From positions 3,720,001-3,784,000 of the forward strand of contig NW_025963835.1 in assembly GCF_023055435.1 (NCBI RefSeq): a stretch of 64,000 nucleotides of DNA, given 5' to 3'. A program made the position numbers and the translations under genes. This DNA comes from Haliotis rufescens. Its lineage: Eukaryota. Shown here piece by piece: positions 1-12,347 of this stretch (positions are counted from its first letter, which is position 1; every line of letters starts with the position of its first letter). The notes below the pieces were generated by a model. The model ran no database searches and was not told the DNA's origin. It worked only from the letters and a program-made list of their open reading frames with translations.

Positions 1-62
1 AACAGACTTTCGTTAATTTGAACATTTATATACAATAATTTAAACCATCATATAAATACTGG

Positions 63-332
63 GGGCACGGGTGGCCCAGTTGTCTGAGGCGCGCATTTCG
101 TGCATCCTTTGGACACGCCATAAACTTATGATTGTGGGTTCTAATCCCGGTTCGCCCCGATTATGTTTCTAGGTTTGTCAGCACCATACCCGCGCTCGTG
201 GGTTTCACCGAAGTGGTAAACGTCTGAGACCTGCATCACTTCAGGCTTTCCTCCCACATTAAGCTGACACGCCGTGATATAACTGGAATACTGTTAAAAG
301 CGGGGTGAAATGCAACTCACTCAATTACTCAC
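63..332 (+). mobile_element. SINE family D (tRNA-like head, RUDI/V-like body, shared tail)
   Basis: A box TGGCCCAGTTGT, B box GGTTCTAATCCC, body GGCTTTCCTCCCACATTAAGCTGACACGCCGTGATATAACTGGAATACTGTTAAAAGCGG, ACTC tail; matches copies at 30.6, 44.4 and 57.6 kb. Confidence 0.85.
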
Positions 333-1260
333 TGTCTTTAAGGATAACTCACTCACTCATTCATATGATTATAGGTAGGATTCCGGACTAATGGAGTTCA
401 GAATAATGATTCAGTCCCAGACGAATTCTGCGGTAAATTGATATGCACCAATTATAACTCGACGTTTCAGACGATTCTATTCACTGAGAAACAGCGTCTG
501 TGCATCAACCACTTTCGGACAAAACTCCACTCCGCTCTGTTCAACCCACAGGCTTGGAACTGGAATTACTAGTTTCACTAGTTTACATTACTATCACACT
601 ATACAACACAGTCTAAAGACATTTATGATTATCATATCTGTTGCAAACTTAGTTTTTATTACACCTTACAAAATCTTTTCTCAAAAACGAACGTCACGTT
701 GTACGAACTACTATGTGCGGACGGATCGGTAGGTATGCGGTTTACACTGAAGTCATAATATCACTACGCCATTGTTGACGGGGGATTATGCAGGTAACGA
801 CATAAGCGGAGGGCCCGGAATGGGAAAAGAAATCGTGTGCCATTGCGTCTATTCTTGTCCGTTCTGGAAGCCCCCTGCCCACATAGACGTGTAAATCCCC
901 AAGACACGTCTGGCTTACACGGTCTTACCCCTGACAGATGGATCTCCTCACAGCGATGACCGCGGCACCTCTTACATGACTAGGTTACACAAATATGATA
1001 TTGTCCTGACGTTAAGTCGTAGGTGTATATGACACTGAGTGGGAACAGCTGACGCATGAACGAGTAGCCGTGATATAAGCTGCTGGACAAGAGAAAGTGT
1101 TCACCTAAAAATTGGATTTGACCAAAAATTACAAAGTTTTACTCTAAGAAACGTTACCAGGCTGCAAACGTAGGATTCAGCAGTAATGGTATTCAGGGTA
1201 ATGTGTTTTCATTGTCTGCGTAAATCGCAAATTGGTGTCGTATTGACTGCATTCACTCAC

Positions 1261-2243
1261 TAGCCCAAGTTGCCCGAGTAACCCGAGTAGACCAAGTTGC
1301 CCGAGTAGCCCGAGTAGACCAAGTAGCCCGAGTAACCCGAGCAGCCCGAGTCGACCAAGTAGCCCTAGTAGACCAAGTAGCCCGAGTAGACGGAGTAGCC
1401 CGGGTAACCTGAGCAGCCCGAGTAGACCAAGAAACCCGAGCAGCCCGAATAGACCAAGTAGCACTAGTAGTCCTAGTAGCCCGAGGAGCACGAGTAGACC
1501 AAGTAGCCCGAGTAGACCAAGTAGCCCGAGTAGACCAAGAAGCTATAGTAGACCAAGTAGCCCTAGTAGCCCGAGTAGCCCAAGTAGCCCGAATAGCCCT
1601 AGTAGACCAAGTAGCCCGAGTAGACCAAGTAGCCCGGGTAACCTGAGCAGCCCGAGTAGACCAAGTAATCCGAGCAGCCCGAGTAGACCAAGTGTCACGA
1701 GTAGCCCTAGTAGCCCGAGTATACCAAGTAGCCCGAGTAGCCCTAGTAGCCCTAGTAGCCCGAGTAGACCAAGTAGCCCGAGTAGACCAAGTAGCCCGAG
1801 TAGACCTAGTAGACCAAGTAGCCCTAGTAGACCAAGTAGCCCGAGTAGACCAAGAAGCCCGAGTAACCCGAGCAGCCCGAGTTACCCGAGTAGACCAAGT
1901 AACCAGAGTAGTCCGAGTAGACCAAGTAACCCAAAAAGTCCGAGTAGGCGGAGTAACACAAGTAGCCCGTGTAACCGGAGTAACACAAGCAGCACGAGTA
2001 GCCGAGTAACACAAGTAGCCCGAGTAGCCCATGTAGCCGAGTATCCCAAGTAGCCCGAGTCGCCCTAGCAGCCCGTGTCGCCCAAGTAGCCCGATTTGCC
2101 CAAAAGCCCGAGTATCCCGGAATGCCTAAGTAGCCCTAGTAGCCCGAGTAGCCCGAGCATCCCAAGTTGTCCAAGTAGCCCGAGCAGCCCCAGTATCCAG
2201 AGTAGCCCAAGGAGCCTGAGTAGCCAGAGTAGCCAGAGTAGCC
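1261..2243. repeat. 9-bp minisatellite (AGTAGCCCG/AGTAGACCA), about 110 units
   Basis: Direct tandem periodicity; source of the GLL, TRATWS and VARVDQ ORFs. Confidence 0.95.
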
Positions 2244-2959
2244 ACTCAACACCATGTTGCCACGACGTTATATTACTGTAATACAAACTCATCTACTCAC
2301 ACTGGAAATAGCGATCAGGTGGCGCAGTGGTTATAGTGGCTTTGGCGCATTGGCTCGTTAACCCCTCGTTCGATTTCTCACGTGAAGACCGTTCTTGGTG
2401 ACCCCGTGATATTGCTGAAAACGTTTTAACCAAATTACTCACTTTCATTTGTACAGCACCAGTCGATTAACCAAAAAACATCATTCGTCAGCCGATCAAC
2501 CGCACAATACCTGTTCAATAATAGGAACTAAATTATTGCGATATCTCCACAACTGTAAAACCTTCATCACACACTGAACCCATCATCTCGTCAACCAGTC
2601 GCAGGAATGCGGCGAGGTCTTACCGTGCAACGACAAATTGGGAGCAGCTTTCAAGACCAAACATTTGGCACCGCCAGTCAAGGAAAAACGATCACATGGA
2701 ATTGAAGGTAGCAAAAGCATATGACAGATAATGACAAGACTATTAGAGGCACCGCAGCAGAAGCGATACAAGATCTGATGGTAAATTGATTTAAGAGACA
2801 CTGTCGGAAAATCTCGGCAATTTCCGTTAGCAAGTCTCATAAAGGATGAGTGAAAGTGTTGAGGAGTGAGAGCAGTCTTGCAATAAACGGGTTCTGCCTG
2901 TTGCATTGGAAACTGTTTGCGCATATGCATGATGACTCCCTGATGGACCAGGCTGAAAC

Positions 2960-3207
2960 GTGTGTGGGTGGGTGTGACTGTTGTTTTACGCCGCACTCAG
3001 CAATATTCCAGCTATATGGCGGCGGTCTGTAAATAATCGAGTCTGGGCCAGACAATCCTGTGAGTGACATCATGAGCATCGATCTATGCAATTGGGATAC
3101 GATGACATGCTTCAATCAAGTCAGCGAGCCTGACCACCTGATCCCGTTTGTCGCCTCTAAAGCCAAGCATAGTTGCTGAAAACCTGTTCTTACCCGGATG
3201 TTTACGG
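2960..3207 (-). mobile_element. Family B retroposon (non-tRNA structured head)
   Basis: Reverse complement of B consensus from head to tail. Confidence 0.85.
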
Positions 3208-3725
3208 TGGCCAAAATGATTTTGGTCATGGCAACTATTTTTATGCTGAACTGTGTGCCTTAGGTGTAATGACATATGTCTAAATTGAGTGATTGAATGG
3301 AATTATAAGTCACAGATAGAAATATTCCAGTTATACACGGACTTATGTAAATAATCGCGCGCGGACACTCTATTGCTGGTCGCAAAACAATTTGAATCGA
3401 TAGCCAGGCTCTGTGGTTTTGTGGCTCTGTTGACATTGTACGACGTTGCTCATATCAATCACTGGTCCAGACACAACTATTTACAGGCCGCCTTGATAGA
3501 CAGTAGAACAAAAGATAGTATACACTTGTAAACTTGATTTGACAAAAAAAATAGTAACATTATAAAAACGTTGCTAGGGTGAACAGTCGCCCAAACACTG
3601 CAAACATAGGTCCCAAACACAACAAGGATACCCGTATATGAAATCCATTGCCATCGAATAGCCATTTCTTGTTTGTTCCATTTTAGCCACCATCAAACAT
3701 AGGGGTATACTTTCTGGATGGAATA

Positions 3726-4243
3726 CATCTTCCCGAGGCAAGTGAGTTAACAGACTATAAAAGTCCTGTTTCCACCCTTGCCGAACTAGGCTGGTATTAT
3801 GGACTAACGAGTCTATGCATAGTCCAATCAAAATCGCGCAACGAAATCGAAATTCGGTCAGTAAACTGCCGTGCAGAAATCGGTCGATTGCAGGATTTGT
3901 AAAGCATGTGCACCGCCAACTCGTTGTCAACAGATATTTTCCAAGTCTTTTCATGGTTGTGATCAAGGTGCTCATGTGATTTGATGCACTTCGCGATGTG
4001 AGACCCGTTTTATCACAATCTAGATCTTGATTATCGATCAGATCGTCTTGACTGGGCGCCACCATTTTGTTTGAAACAAATGTATGTGATACGAAAGGTG
4101 GAATCTGACTGGTCCATAGGAGAGCCTTAGAAGGGACATAACCACTGGTGGCGCTAGGATCGAGCCCAGGAATTCCAGCCTAGTTCGGCAAGGGTGGAAA
4201 CTTAACTTTTAAAGTCAGTTAACTCCCTTGCCTCGGGAATATG
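3726..4243 (-). mobile_element. MITE family E, Mutator (MULE)-like
   Basis: About 69-bp TIRs CATCTTCCCGAGGCAAG...; exact 9-bp TSD GATGGAATA at 3717-3725 and 4244-4252. Confidence 0.9.
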
Positions 4244-5480
4244 GATGGAATAACGACGGGTGTTGAATGAGACACAAATATTTTGTATTTAGATAAATTA
4301 TTCTAGGTAAGTGAGTGAGTATTGTTTTACGCCGCTTTTAGCCACATTCCAGCAATATCACGGGCTTCACACTTTGTGCCCATAAAGTACAATAATGAAG
4401 AAGACTTTTTTAATCCCCAGTTTACGCTAAAATATTGCTTTCAAGGATATGCCTTCGTTTCATAGCACTGCTGCCTTCAAATTAAGCATGTTTACGTCTG
4501 TATGTGTATATATTTTTTTGCATTGCTTATGTGCATTTCAGCTCACCAACATTGTATACTCCATATTTTGTAAAGATATGTTTTGTATTCATTCAAGGTT
4601 ATTGCTTCGGTCGAAATGTTCCTTTGCGAGCAAATAAATCTTGGCCTCAAACCCCATTTTATGCAAACAGTTGTCCCTTTGGGCCCAACCCCTGACCCAA
4701 ACGACCCCTGCGCCACCCAGATTGTCCCCCTCCGACCCCCAGGCCGTGGTCGGAGGCAGGCCAGGCCCCATGGACAAAAAGTGATGCAAGTTTAACCCAA
4801 TAAGGGATCAATTGATCTGAAAGGCCTGGAATGGATCAGATGATAGCTGGTGCATGCGTTACGAAAAATCCCATTACATTGTTTTTATTTCCACTTTTTA
4901 GCCAATTCCATGGCTCCTAGTACCGTAACCAAGTTTCATGTCTGTGTGTCGTCTTTGTGTTGTCTGTTTGTTGTCTGCCTGTAGGGAAGACAAACATTTG
5001 GTTTAAATCTGATAAATGTTTGATTTGAAAATAGCCTTTTTTTATGCGGGAAGGATCGCCAACATGTAAGAAGGAGAGAGTGTGCGGTTGGCGCTTTATC
5101 GATATTTTTTACTGAAAGATAATTCTAGTGGAACGCAAAACAGAAGCCAGATGGTCCCCCCAGTGGCCGACGGTCTTGTCAGGAACAAACATCAAAGACA
5201 TACGAGTCAACCGATCGCTTAACAAGATTCGGTGGGTAATAATGAAACATTTACTATATATAAACTTTTCTCTAAGGGATATTTAAATGTAATGCACTTT
5301 GAGTGGATTGGGTTTTACTCAATTATCGACCACTTCTCGATGGGTAGCCAAGTGGTTAAAGTTCTTGCTTTTCACGTCGAAGGCCCGTGTTTGATTCCAA
5401 CTTGGACACAATATGAATCCGTTGATGCCTCCCCCCGACGTGTCAGTTTGAAGTCTAACGGCGAAGGGGGATTGTACTAT

Positions 5481-5733
5481 TGGTTGGTTGGTTTGTTGTT
5501 TAACGCCGCACTCAGCTATATTCCAGCAATATGACGGCGGTCTGTAAATAATCAAGTCTGGACAACACAATCCAGTGATTGATATCATGAGCATCGATCC
5601 ACGCAATTCGGATCGATAAGTCAACGAGCCTGACCACCCGATCCCGTTAATCGCCTTTTAAGACAAGCATAGTCACCTTTTACGGCAAGCATGGGTTGCT
5701 GAAGACCTGTTCTACCCCGGAATCTTCACGGGT
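5481..5733 (-). mobile_element. Family B retroposon, full length, duplicated-hairpin variant
   Basis: Matches consensus; TSD-like GTACT(A/G)TTGG on both sides. Confidence 0.9.
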
Positions 5734-5989
5734 CTCGTACTGTTGGATTGGAGTCTGTCTGATCAGTCTGTTTCAGTTGGATCAAAGGCAGATCTGATTC
5801 TTAATGGTATAGAATTAGTATTCACAACATATTACCAGAATGTTATTGGTCTCCGCATTTTTTAGTCATTATTCTTGCCATGTTACCTCCACAAAACCAT
5901 TTAGTGGTTTTAATAGGAGTGCTGTGTTGAGATCTTCGACTCAAAATGAAATAATAGCATTATCGAACTAAACCTAAACAAATCGTAAA

Positions 5990-6068
5990 ACGTGAAGCCC
6001 ATTGCTTGTGTCCCCCGCCGTGATGTTGCAGGAATATTGCTAAAAGCGGCGTAATAGCATACTCACTC
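5990..6068 (+). mobile_element. SINE family A, 3' half
   Basis: GAAGCCCAT...CCCCCGCCGTGATGTTGCAGGAATATTGCTAAAAGCGGCGTAA + ACTC. Confidence 0.8.
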
Positions 6069-6078
6069 GTTATATACG

Positions 6079-6205
6079 GAGTGAGTGAGTAATATTCCCA
6101 TAATATCTTGGCGGGGGACCCAATAATGGGCTTGATGTACCCATGTGGAGAATCGAACCTGAGCCTTTGACGAGCTAACGTTTTAACCACTAGGCACCAC
6201 CCTCC
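6079..6205 (-). mobile_element. SINE family A, degenerate, tail-to-tail with previous copy
   Basis: Reverse complement of A head and tail. Confidence 0.75.
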
Positions 6206-8559
6206 TTAAGACAAGACTAACATGGCCTAGTGATGAATGAAATATGAGTTGGGGTGGGTTGCTTAAAGGGGGTGCATAGGTTTTTTTGAAAAAGGGGAAG
6301 CACCTAAAATATTTTAAAAAATGTCCCAATGTGGGGAAGCGAACCTGGGCATCAGGCGTCGCGAATGAAGGCTTGAACCATGAGGCTACCAGAGCGCCCT
6401 ATTGTGCAGATATTTCTGCTCAAAATGATTATATAAATTAAATTCAAATACAATCAAACCCAATTGAACCCAACTTGTTGGACAAAATCGAAGATAAGGC
6501 ATCTTAAAGAACAGTTATAGAATCACAGTAAAATCCTCACTCACTCCCCGTCAGTCGGGATCCCGTTACCAGCAACATCATCCCCGCAGGCTGCGACAAC
6601 GTCTCCGGTGATGTCGTGGTCAACTACAATGTTACACAACAGGTACCGTATCAATCGGTTCTGGCAGAGACTAAATACCTCGGGGGTGCTTTAATTGCCT
6701 TCATGCTGCCGACGAGTCACTTTCGGAAAGGTGGGGAACTGCCCAATTTCTAAATGGAATCATCAAGATTCTAATCAAAGTAAATATTTGTACATTAGTA
6801 AATTATTTGGACAAGACTTTGTTTCATTGATTTACCCCACGGATGTTTTCCAACAGTCTCGGAGATCGGTCTACCGCCGCGCGTCGACGGGGCTGCATGT
6901 GCTCTTGCCGCACAGTTGATACGCTGAGCGCAGTCGCCATGGAATTGGTAGGGCGCCGTAGCTGAAGTTGTGTGGTGGTAAAGAACACGTCCTTCCGAAG
7001 TTTGGCGTAGTTTTTGGAACGTGAATATGATGTTATGTGAACACGTTTTCCAGTTGTAATAAAGGCGAAGTGTTCCTATTTTAAGTCTTCGAAGTTATGG
7101 GAACACGTTTTCTAGCTTAATGAAGGCGAATTGTAGCCGTTTTTTAAAGCCTTCGAATAACACGTAAAAAAGTTTCGATTTTCTACATTGGATCAACGTG
7201 TGACGTTCATTCTTCAAACTATTCGCCGTGATACTAGTGCAATACAGTTGTCAGAATTTGAATAAATTACGTGTCCAGTTATCGTAAATCGTTACCTTGT
7301 CGTCCTCGTTCCATCTCGTGAAGAGGTTACATGATAAATGTAAAAATTGCGATATATCGAATTCTGTTTTATATCGTAACATTCAGTGTGACGTAACAAC
7401 CGTTATATCGCAATAATCACTTCCTCGTAAAAGCAGTAATGTCATAATAATCAATAGGATTGTCGTTACTAATTTATGACTTAAAATCCATTTTGACGTA
7501 TTTATTCCGTTATATATGATCAATGACATTATTTAAGTCGTGATATGTTTTATATCGTAACTTCCGTAATGCCATGACATCCGTACGCTGGAATGGTTTT
7601 TTTCCGTTAGATCTTTTTTATATCGTAATATTCCTTATATCGTAAAAATACTTTTTCTTGAAATAGGTCATCACACATTCTGTTTCCCCGTTATATCCGT
7701 TGTCTCGAAATCTAACAATCCAAATCTTAATTCCAGGTTTGGTCGGGTCTTGACTCTATTATTCACGGTCGTCGCCATATAGCTGGAATATTGCGGCACA
7801 AAAAAATAAAGAAAGAAACAAATCCGGTGTCCTACGCAGGCTAATATAAAATAAACTCAATGTAATTCTATTAATCAATATCCGTTGTTTGTCTATGATT
7901 CAGTGAATAACAGACTCACGACATGTTCATCGAATCTTTTGCCTCCCTTTTTTCAATTAAAGTTTTCAATTAAGAGCCCAGTTTGACACACACGATACGC
8001 CACACGATAAGATACGACTGTAAAACAAATTAGCGAAACTTTGTTTTTTTCCACACTTATTTTGAATTATGACAACACCTAATATAAAGGTAAGGCAAAA
8101 CTGTGACAAATACTCATTCCAAATTTTCAGGAAGTGTTTTTTTGTTCTGGAGCAAGTCTTTGAATCTGCTGATTATTTTGGATGATGGCTTAAACAGTAC
8201 AATTATATGGAAAAACCCTTTTTCGGGGTCACGGAGTTCCTCATTGATGAAATAGAAAAATCGACCTTATAATCATGTTAGCAATATTTAAATACTCAAT
8301 TATCCAAAACTTCTGAGTGTAAGAATTACAAAGTAAAAAGGCGTCCTGCCTTAACGTGAACATAGGTATCTGCATAATTTCAAACAATATTCCTTACGTT
8401 TTAGGTTGTCATTTCCGGTGGACCAAAAAGGGCTATGATCTTAACTCGGCATATTTGTTCCAATAGTCGTAGTTTCAGTTCAATTATCTTTCTGTCTGTG
8501 TATTATAAGTTTTTTAGAGAATAGTTGCTCTATTGTCTAAGGTGCCGTTCATTTTCGTT

Positions 8560-8695
8560 GGTTTTACTCTGAGATAACGCAAACCACTGTGAAGACCTGG
8601 GCCTCTTAGTCGCCTCTTTTTCGTGGGTTCGAATCCCAGATGAACCTTGGTTCTGCCAGCACAATGGCCATGATCGTTCATGGACTTCACCAAAG
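8560..8695 (+). mobile_element. SINE family D-like 5' fragment
   Basis: B box GGGTTCGAATCCC followed by diverged D body (CAGCAC...TTCACC). Confidence 0.5.
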
Positions 8696-8697
8696 AC

Positions 8698-8915
8698 TCC
8701 CCGTAGGAGATCCAGATTAGTGAGTATGGTTTTAAACCGCGTTTAGCAATATTCCAGCCATATCATGGCGGGGAACACCAGAAATGAGCTGTGGGGAATC
8801 GACTCTGGCCTTTGGCGTGACGAGCGAACGCTTGAACCACTAGGCTACTCCACCGCCCCTTATCCGGATTAGAATAGGCCTCATCAACCTATGCTTGTAA
8901 AAAGCGATCAACTGA
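8698..8915 (+). mobile_element. Family B head interrupted by a family A SINE
   Basis: CCCGTAGGAGATCCAGATTAG [A] ATCCGGATTAGAATAGGCCTCATCAACCTATGCTTG. Confidence 0.7.
8721..8859 (-). mobile_element. SINE family A nested in family B
   Basis: A consensus on minus strand; TSD ATCC(A/G)GATTAG. Confidence 0.85.
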
Positions 8916-9041
8916 TAGACCGTTGGTGGCGGTTCATCCAACAAACATTCACCAAAGAGGTCGGATTTACTGTGCAGAGTTGCATCTCTTATCTGTGCCT
9001 GTCTCCGAACGGATACACTGTGGCCTTTCCTTCCACCTTAG

Positions 9042-9169
9042 GACCGCCTCCGTGGTCTAGTGGATAGAGCGTCTACCCGGAGAGCGGATACGGATGGTAT
9101 GGGGGTTCGATCCCCGCCGCGTCAAACCAAAAGACGCTTAAAGATGGCACATGTTGTAACACTGACACA

Positions 9170-9216
<47 letters not shown>

Positions 9217-9268
9217 ATGTGCGTCGCTTATACAAGTAAAATAATCATTTCACCCAACCTCACCACCC
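9042..9268 (+). mobile_element. SINE family C (Meta-like), internally deleted, with expanded (CA)n, inserted in a D copy
   Basis: Head GACCGCCTCCGTGGTCTAGTGG; start of Meta-like domain; D body ends at about 9040 and resumes at 9270-9345. Confidence 0.8.
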
Positions 9269-12200
9269 AGCATCTTAAACTGACACGCCGTGACAGGAAT
9301 AAAAAAAAGCTGTTCAAAGCGTCGTTAAACCGTCTCTCACTCACACACACACACACACATGCACACACACACACCTTTGCTTTCCTTCATCCCCGTGGTA
9401 GAAATTACTGATGAAATCAGACCTATGCACAGTTGGCAATGGCAGACAGAAGAAATTATGTGGAAATAATTGCAGTGGTCGGTCTTCGTTCATGAGTGAA
9501 TTGGGAGGTTTTGACGTCGCCACCAGCAATTTGCTAGCGACATTCCGACGACATTTTGTCAAAGAATTTTTAAAAGGCATGTTCCTGAACGCAGTATCTG
9601 ATAAATGATTCTCCTTCCCGCAGATTTCATTCGGTCAAATCAGATACCATCTAATCAGAGTCGTCATCTCGGAAAAGTAACAAATTAATTGGAAAATCCT
9701 TTCATTTCTGGGTATCAAATTTCGGAAGCAACTATAACTCTATTGACTAAACACCACTCAGTATCTCCATAATATGATTTGTCATTTTACTCAGACAATG
9801 GCCCCGAATGATTAAATCTGCTCTCCTCTGAATAATTCTTGTAATTAATGTTGTCATTGGAGAGACACGGATTTTTCTGCGAGCTCATTAAAACATGCTA
9901 TCGTATTAGAGCGTAATCGGATTATGAGGCCACCATATTGATATCGGCATTGAAGGCACGTTTGGAACATGCTGCACGTGCAGCACGAGTCTGGTCTGGC
10001 AGGTGCCCGGTGGTCAAACATAGCTGGACAAATAGCACGTGTCACCATGGTGACTCACCCACCTCCGGAGGGACACGAGATAGGAACGCTGGCCTCTTGA
10101 TGAAATGGGATTAAGTACAGAAGACCCACAGCGCAACAATGCATTTAGATTGGCAGGCTATATCATTTACATATATTGCATTAGTTATGTAGTAAAAAGG
10201 GACTTTCTAGGGTTGACCAACTTTTCACCGTTTGATAGTGTAAGTTTTATCTTTAAATTTATTTTTAGAAAGCAATTTCTTGTGTATTTTCCAACCTTGT
10301 GATTGTAATGATATTATTGTTTTCACTTTTCGTTTTAGGTTGGAATAATCGTCCAAGTCTACAGATATTTTCTGTATGTTTTGGCAATTCACTCCGCATA
10401 AAAAAAATCGATTCGGTGATTTTTTTTAGGGATTCGGTGTTTGAGTGACAGCTGATAGTCTTTAGCTGAAGAAAAGATTGGCAATTTACAACGATTGAAA
10501 ACCGTGATACCCTCAGATGTTATTCCGGCTCTTCCATTTAATACAAGTACATTTGACGAAATTACATTTGACGTTTATAACATTTTTTTCATTTTTTTTT
10601 ATTAATCTGGATATCTTCCTCAGCAGGTTGATGAAGATCACGAACGCCTGTCTCTCTGAGGTACATGTACTGTTATATTCCCATTTCATAGTGCTGCTGA
10701 ACTGAAACCTGATTTCGTCACGTCTTTATATTTCAGTTCAACAGAGAGCCATGTTTAAAATCTGTTACGTAAAAAACGATTGCCTGAGATCCATCCTTTT
10801 TTTCAGTTTTGATTCAAACATTATAACTTAATAATTTAATGAGGGTTTTTTCAAATTTGAGGTTTATACCAATGGACACATTTATTTAATTTCACAATAA
10901 TTGAAATTCCTTTGAATAATTAAGCTAAGTCACCTTAACCGTGCAGCTTAGAGTTCCAGTTGCAAATCTCGTATCCTAGAGATTTGGCGAGATTCCGTGA
11001 GACCTGGTATGAGGTTAAATGTCTGACAAGGAGACGAGGTCTCTTTAATGAGATGGAGTGTATGACTCAGAGGACATCGTCAAACTTTAATCTGTTTCGC
11101 CACAATAGTGTTCCTGATATCGTCGATCGGCCATTGCAATATCTCAGTCCACAAAACCATCAAATGGCCAACCCGTCAGATATAATAGTCTCGTGTAACT
11201 GACCTCCCATATAACGGACCGGTGTGGTGACTGTCGTGTCCGTTGAGGTACCCCGGGGGATACGCCCGTTTTTCACTGCACTGTGTACGTGCATCTGTGG
11301 CACTTGTGGAATGGAAAATGTGATTGGGGAAGAATCATTTGCATGCATCTCTTGAGTTAATGGTGTTTAATGACTTTATGTGTCCGTGCTTGCGTATGTA
11401 CGTGCCATTCTTCTTTGTTTTCATTCATTTATAGATATTGATATTTATTTATTTGTTTGTTTGTAGGGGTGTCAAATATATAACAATGATATATTCTAAA
11501 TAATCACTTATACGATGACACAGTTGACATCGTACAATGGGCTCTGATTTTAGCAGAGATTTCTTATGATAATGGCTTTAATTAATCAGACAAGCTGTTC
11601 AGTTCCAGCACGTTTAAGTCACTCGAAAACTGGCTTTTATATGACTGAAACAGAATTTTTTCCAACGTTAAAATCGTCATAACAAGTCAGATTTAAGATT
11701 TGTAATATTAATAATATAAATTTCAAACTGTTAAAATAAGTTTTTTTTAAAAGGCTTTAAAATGCATTTTATTAATTTTTTTCAACCTGCCGACCAATGT
11801 TTTCAGTACCAAAATCCGTAAACCAAAACAAGTCTGGCCGAAGGATATTCGACAGCATACGTTACATCGGTCGTCTTCAAGGATATATCGAGAAAAGGGC
11901 TTTCGAGATAACAGAGTTTTACGCTAAAAGTGCAAAGCTTAATGGAAGGCACGAAAAGGCGAATGAATAAATGCAAACGAGTGAGAAGGTTAAACTGAGA
12001 TCTTCTAGAAATGCACTAAATGGTCTCTGGGTGGAATCAGTTATTAGAAGCAGGAATAAATGACACCAATATGCAATTTCATAATAGCTCTCAGTGCAAC
12101 ATATGAGTTTGACCAAGCATATCGTATAACATAGTGCCAACTGTGAATGACAAATGGAGAAATCGGTCACACGTACCAAGGAGTCGAATAACTTATTTCA

Positions 12201-12332
12201 TTCTCGATGGAACGCACTTAATATCTAGAACGGAAACAGTTGTCCTCGTGTTCCGTGCTCTGGCTTATCACGTTGCAATATTTGCCGCCCGTAGGTAGCA
12301 CGTTATGTAACTACGTGAAATAATACAGTTTC

Positions 12333-12347
12333 AGCGCCATCTACTGG
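12333..12347 (-). promoter_or_regulatory. CTCF-like motif
   Basis: Minus strand CCAGTAGATGGCGCT fits CCASYAGRKGGCRS. Confidence 0.5.

Noticed and set aside
1177-2292. Collagen-like G-L-L protein on minus strand
   Set aside because: Frame broken by stops near 1544 and 1883 and by indels; almost no Pro
2837-3115. Recurrent MMSITGLSGPDSIIYRPPSYSWNIAECGVKQ ORFs
   Set aside because: Translations of the family B body, frequently disrupted among copies
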